DNA of 64,000 bases, from positions 1,216,001 to 1,280,000 of the forward strand of contig CP169074.1 of NCBI GenBank assembly GCA_041891055.1, in the 5' to 3' direction. The position numbers and the translations under genes were made by a program. Source of the DNA: Halorutilales archaeon Cl-col2-1 (GTDB taxonomy: Archaea; Halobacteriota; Halobacteria; Halobacteriales; Afararchaeaceae). The notes beneath the pieces are model-generated. The model was given only the letters and a program-made list of their open reading frames with translations. It was not told the DNA's origin and searched no databases. This document shows, piece after piece, positions 59,722 to 64,000 of this stretch (position 1 is the first letter of the stretch; each line of letters opens with the position of its first letter).

Positions 59722-61698
59722 TCAATACTTGTCCGCAGCCTGAAGCTCAACGACAAAGACAGTACCCTCACCGTCGGGGGCGTCGGGGTTGTCCTCGACC
59801 CAGACATCGCCGCCGTAGCTCTCGACGAGTGTATTGACGAGATAAAGACCGACACCCGTACCCTCGCTTTCGAGTCCTTTCTCGCCTTTTCCGAACACCT
59901 CTTGTTTCCTGCCGTCGGGGATACCTGGACCGTTATCGGCGACACATACGATGATTCTACCGCCCACGTTGTCGATCTCTGCTGAGACCTCGACCCTCGG
60001 AGTCGGCTTGTCGTTGTGCTGTACGGCGTTGTTGAGGAGATTCCTGAAGACAGTCGAGAGGAGATCGTTCGCCCTGACGTCGACATCGGGTATATCATCC
60101 ACTCGGATCTCGGCGTCGGAGTGTCTTTCGGAGGCTTTCCTGACGGAGTCCTCGACCGAGTCGGATAATCTAACGGCTTTAAGCTCTACGTCGTTACCTC
60201 TCTCTATTGCCTCGACGAAGTCACGTGCGGTTCTCGTGAGATCGACGACGTGCTGACTAGCGTCGAGAACCGTGTCGAGGTACTCCTCGCCTTCGTCGTC
60301 GACGTGGTCTCTGAGCTTACTTCCCCATCCGAGGACTTTGTTCATGTCGTTACGTATGTCGTGTCTCACTATCCGGTTGAGAAGGGCTAACTGATCCTTC
60401 TCAGTCCTTATCCTCTCCCTTGCCTCGATGGTATACAGACCTATGGAGACGTTATGGGCGATCTCCTCGACGACACGTCTCTCGTTCTTGGATATCCCCG
60501 ACGGGAGATGTAAGGTCATTATACCGTATGCCGTGTCCCTGTACTCAAGCGCGAGGGCTATCGCTCCGTGACCCTCCCTTTCGGAGTCGTGCTGTTGGTA
60601 CGGGGGACGAGTGATATCGTCGATTGTGAGAGTTCCCGAGTCGAGAACCTCATCTATGTACTCCTCGGTGTGGATCTCACGCCATCTTCTCTCGCTCTCT
60701 GTCTCGGAGTCGGCTATGCTCCCGGCGTTGTAGATCTCGGTCACTTGATTGTCGTCATCGAGAATTGCGATCGCTGTACAGCCGTATCTGTATCCCTTCT
60801 CGCTCCTCGACGCGAGGGTGTCACGCACGGTATCGAAGACATCCTTTCGGCTGTCAGCGTCGAGTATCCCCTTAGTTATGTCACGAACCGAGTTGAGCAT
60901 CGTCCTCAGCTTCCTCTGTTCGGTGACGTCCTGTACGGTACCCAGAATTCTTGCGGGCTCGCCGTCCTCGTGCTTCAGATTGCTTCTCTGATGTATAATA
61001 CGCACCTCGTCGTCGTTACCCGCTCCACCGCAGTTCCGGAGTATACGGTAGTTCGTCTCGTGGTATCCCTTCTCGACTGTCTCGTCGATCTCGTCCCCCA
61101 TCCTCCCCCGGTCATCGGGATGGACACAGCTACGTATCGTGTCGTAATTTTCGACCAAGGAGTTCCTTAGACCAAGTATCATCTGAGCCTGCTCCGAGAG
61201 TTCGATCCTTCCCGAGTCGAGGTCGAGAGACCAGTATCCGATGTCGGCTACTTCCTGTGCCTCCCTGAGACGGTCACGAGCACGTGACAGGTCCCGGTTC
61301 TTCTGTCCCAGATTGAGCGACAGACGACGGTTCCGTAGGAGGTTCCGGATACGCGCGTCGAGCTGTTTCTTGTCGACAGGTATCTCGACGACATCGTCGA
61401 CTGTCTCCCAGACACCGGGGGGAACCTCTTCCCTCTCACGTTTGACCAGGAGATAGGGGAGAAAGACGGGCTCCTCCGACTCCTTCTTCTCTCTCAGACG
61501 TGAGGCTCTGTGCTCGAAGGTTGAGACATCGAGTATAACCAAGTCGAGATCCGACTGTATGTCAGAGTCAGTTCTGACGTTGTGATCCGTCTGAAGCTCG
61601 TCACGGAGTAGATCTATGTCGGACTTGTTCCTCAGAAGAAGTAGTATATCGGAAGTCGGAGATCTACCTGTCTGAGAAGAGACGCGCTCCTCAACCAT
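59722..61698 (-). CDS. Multi-sensor histidine kinase (degenerate REC-PAS-GAF-HisKA-HATPase)
   Basis: VHPDDR/GTVQDVTE PAS; RHDIRN; NLLNNA; DNGPG; GVGL. Confidence 0.9.
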   Translation of the reverse strand: MVEERVSSQTGRSPTSDILLLLRNKSDIDLLRDELQTDHNVRTDSDIQSDLDLVILDVSTFEHRASRLREKKESEEPVFLPYLLVKREREEVPPGVWETVDDVVEIPVDKKQLDARIRNLLRNRRLSLNLGQKNRDLSRARDRLREAQEVADIGYWSLDLDSGRIELSEQAQMILGLRNSLVENYDTIRSCVHPDDRGRMGDEIDETVEKGYHETNYRILRNCGGAGNDDEVRIIHQRSNLKHEDGEPARILGTVQDVTEQRKLRTMLNSVRDITKGILDADSRKDVFDTVRDTLASRSEKGYRYGCTAIAILDDDNQVTEIYNAGSIADSETESERRWREIHTEEYIDEVLDSGTLTIDDITRPPYQQHDSEREGHGAIALALEYRDTAYGIMTLHLPSGISKNERRVVEEIAHNVSIGLYTIEARERIRTEKDQLALLNRIVRHDIRNDMNKVLGWGSKLRDHVDDEGEEYLDTVLDASQHVVDLTRTARDFVEAIERGNDVELKAVRLSDSVEDSVRKASERHSDAEIRVDDIPDVDVRANDLLSTVFRNLLNNAVQHNDKPTPRVEVSAEIDNVGGRIIVCVADNGPGIPDGRKQEVFGKGEKGLESEGTGVGLYLVNTLVESYGGDVWVEDNPDAPDGEGTVFVVELQAADKY

Positions 61699-61770
61699 CT
61701 ACTATTAACCCAGATCACAGGCATATATGAGTTGTGATTCCTGTACAGTTTACCCCAAAATACAGATGGA

Positions 61771-61909
61771 TAATCAAAGATTAGCGAACGTTACGAGAGC
61801 TTTGCTCTCGCTGGCTCGGAAATCGAAGATTTGCTTGCACGCTAATCAGAGATTAGCGAACGTCCCGAGATCTACGATTCTGTTCTATGCAAATTTCAGA
61901 GAAATTTGC
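61771..61909. repeat. Array of six short palindromes (3-nt loops, 23-25-bp period)
   Basis: Loop centres at 61777, 61802, 61826, 61849, 61874, 61899; shares units and linkers with 46761-46850. Confidence 0.8.
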
Positions 61910-61947
61910 TCCGTCAGGGATTTGAACCCTGGTCATTGCCTCGAGAG
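61907..61947 (-). mobile_element. att site: 3' half of tRNA-Glu(CTC) marking the boundary of an integrated element
   Basis: Reverse complement CTCTCGA-GGCAA-TGAC-CAGGG-TTCAAAT-CCCTG-ACGGAGC-A; tRNA similarity stops at the anticodon loop and there is no D arm. Confidence 0.8.
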
Positions 61948-62180
61948 TCCGCCGAGTCTCGCGTAACTCTAACCTACTTTTCGGACATGACTTCTCTGAA
62001 TCCATGTCTTCTACTGGTGTCTATCAACCTATGACATCCCTATATAACCACCCTAACTACATAAAAACCCGGAACGTTGCCCCAGAAGGCAACTTGGATT
62101 GGATTTAACGTGTATACCGAATAGCGGGTGAAGAAAAATGACCCAAAAATTATTATTCGATTCTATCTCTGATTTGTGTA

Positions 62181-64000
62181 ATGGTAATTGAAGGTGCTAT
62201 CGCAAGTCTTCTAGTCGAAGTCGGTACTAACGCTGCCTCAAAGGCTTACGACTGGTACGACGACAGAGAACGGAGCAGCCGTATATCAGAAAACCTCAAC
62301 GACCTTGAAACTGAGTTCAACGACAGACTAGGTAAACGTATACAAGAGAGAGCAAACGACGACGACATAGACAGCACGAGCCTACTTCAGGTCGGATGGA
62401 AATGGAAAAATGTCGCCGACAGGGTGGACGTCTACGAACTCAGTTTTGAGGACGAGAGAGAAGCAGTAGACGAAATTACAGAGAGGATAGTTGAAACGGT
62501 AAATGCCGATACAGATACGTTCGGTGGAACAGAGCTCGACGAGAGTGATGAACAGGAGTTGCACGACATTCTTTCCGACGAATTCGCTGAAGCTACCGAA
62601 CAGTTCCGTGAAACAGTCGAAGGAAACCAAAAGCTACAGGACAAACTCCAGAACGACCTGAATGTCCAGATACTTGAGGAACTCAGAGAGATGCAGGAAT
62701 CGTTCGCAAGACTCAACGCGACACCGTACGACGTATACGACTTCCCCGAGGAACGTGACAAGATCCTCGAAAAGCTGGACAAGACATTCATCAAAGAGGA
62801 CGAAGCCCCTGAGTTCATCGAGAGAAACGACGGAACAGTACCCGACGACCACAAACCTGCTAAGCACTTCGTCGTCGGCCCGTCGGGTTCCGGTAAGAGC
62901 CGTATAGTCTTCGAGCGCTTAAAGCGTCTGTCGGACGACAGCCTGGCTCACATCATGGTACCTGACAAGGGCATGCTCTCACCATCAGATGCCTCGGGGC
63001 TGGCACGTGAGTCGTTCGACGGCGACTTACTGTTAGTCTGGGGGGACGTACACAGAGTAGCTCTGGATCAGGAAAATGCTTTCGTGAAAGACGTCCTGAC
63101 GAAGCTTGACGACGCACTCACAGAGCAGGGGCACAGTCTGCACACTCTCTTAGAGGCTCGCTCTGATAAGCTCGACAGCCTGACGGGGAACCTACCCGAT
63201 GACTTTAACAACGAGTTCTCGAAGAGCATCTGGACCGAGTATGAACCCATCTGGACAGAGGAACTCGATGAGGCAGTTCTGTACAGGATGGTAGGGGCAA
63301 TGGCGGAGAAGTACGGTGTCGAGATGGACGAAGAGGCACGCGATGCACTTGTCGAAAAGACCAACGACTCGAAGTCCGCACCGGAATATATAGACGCGGC
63401 ACTATCGACCGTACACGACGAGGATGGCGAACTGACTGTCGAAGACGTAGAAGAACTTTCGGAGACAGTCGAAGAAATGTGGCAGGAAAACTACGACTAC
63501 TTACGGGACGAATCCCCCAAGGAGTGGAATATTCTCCTCTCTATGAAGGCTCTCTACGACCTGAACGTGCTCCCGTACTCGCGCCTCGTTCGTTGCCTAT
63601 ACCTCGAGGTGTTTAACGGAGACAGGGGAGTGTTCAAGCCCGCGGTGAAATCCCTAAGCGACGGTCGACGGTGGGTAAACGTCGTGAGAGAAGGTAACTC
63701 CGCCGATGAAGTTCTAGAAGATGAGGTACGATACGAGATCCATGACACACAGCTTGACGCAGTGAGTTACAGCGCGAAGGACGACGCTGATGAGGTTTCG
63801 GAACTACTGCTCGATGAAACCGCCGACGCGGTTCCGCAGGAGATACAGGCTCGTGTACACTTCTTCGTGGGCAAGTCTCTTCACGAATGGGAGGTAGCTA
63901 AAAAGGCAGCAGTTCATTATGAGAGAAGCATAGCTATAGAGCCTAATACCATAGCCTACAACAACTATGGTATTCTTCTCCATAAGAAGTTAGACAGACC
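62181..64000 (+). CDS. STAND-like P-loop NTPase with C-terminal TPR repeats (3'-truncated; absent from the ORF track)
   Basis: Open frame from ATG 62181 to the window end; helical N-terminus; VVGPSGSGKS Walker A; LLLVWGDVH Walker B-like; LLEARS; YEIHD; TPR start HYERSIAIEPNTIAYNNYGILL. Confidence 0.8.
   Translation, partial: MVIEGAIASLLVEVGTNAASKAYDWYDDRERSSRISENLNDLETEFNDRLGKRIQERANDDDIDSTSLLQVGWKWKNVADRVDVYELSFEDEREAVDEITERIVETVNADTDTFGGTELDESDEQELHDILSDEFAEATEQFRETVEGNQKLQDKLQNDLNVQILEELREMQESFARLNATPYDVYDFPEERDKILEKLDKTFIKEDEAPEFIERNDGTVPDDHKPAKHFVVGPSGSGKSRIVFERLKRLSDDSLAHIMVPDKGMLSPSDASGLARESFDGDLLLVWGDVHRVALDQENAFVKDVLTKLDDALTEQGHSLHTLLEARSDKLDSLTGNLPDDFNNEFSKSIWTEYEPIWTEELDEAVLYRMVGAMAEKYGVEMDEEARDALVEKTNDSKSAPEYIDAALSTVHDEDGELTVEDVEELSETVEEMWQENYDYLRDESPKEWNILLSMKALYDLNVLPYSRLVRCLYLEVFNGDRGVFKPAVKSLSDGRRWVNVVREGNSADEVLEDEVRYEIHDTQLDAVSYSAKDDADEVSELLLDETADAVPQEIQARVHFFVGKSLHEWEVAKKAAVHYERSIAIEPNTIAYNNYGILLHKKLDR

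Noticed and set aside
61771-61909. Possible CRISPR array
   Set aside because: The period is about 24 bp, units are non-identical, there are no unique 30-40-bp spacers and no cas genes in the window.
61907-61947. Complete or intron-containing tRNA-Glu
   Set aside because: No D arm or 5' acceptor strand is seen nearby, and the break lies 5' of the anticodon loop rather than at the canonical 37/38 intron site.
62382-63748. Short ORFs called in the last 2 kb
   Set aside because: Shadows of the single long plus-strand ORF from 62181, which has no stop inside the window.

Overview
Chromosomal window from a halophilic archaeon: strongly acidic proteins, Tat lipoproteins, a PGF-type sorting tail, archaeal rpoL/rpoF/rpl21e and a cdrL-cdrS-ftsZ2 locus. 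A methanogen-type HMG-CoA synthase/thiolase/DUF35 operon and frequent ATA/AGA codons suggest a deep-branching haloarchaeal lineage (inference). Most of the window is housekeeping: sdhCDBA, dph2, ncsA, ftsZ2, ksgA, two Trk K+ systems, copA/copZ, hisH, and tRNA-Leu/Tyr/Asp. Highlights: (1) an AT-rich islet at ~13.2-16.8 kb in which a wHTH regulator is followed by two copies of a 146-bp promoter, each heading a Tat-exported precursor plus small membrane protein(s), a candidate halocin-like toxin/immunity cassette array with one decayed cassette; (2) sense/antisense/sense copies of tRNA 3' ends around a shared AGGGA...GACCG core behind tRNA-Leu and tRNA-Tyr; (3) two related arrays of 3-nt-loop palindromes with ~24-bp periodicity; (4) a tRNA-Glu 3'-half att site at 61.9 kb followed by a STAND-NTPase/TPR (NLR/Avs-like) gene that the ORF track missed; (5) the C-terminus of a propionyl-CoA-synthase-like enzyme at the left edge; (6) a BlaI/M56 peptidase pair divergent from a HiPIP lipoprotein. 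All calls come from manual motif reading; no searches were run.
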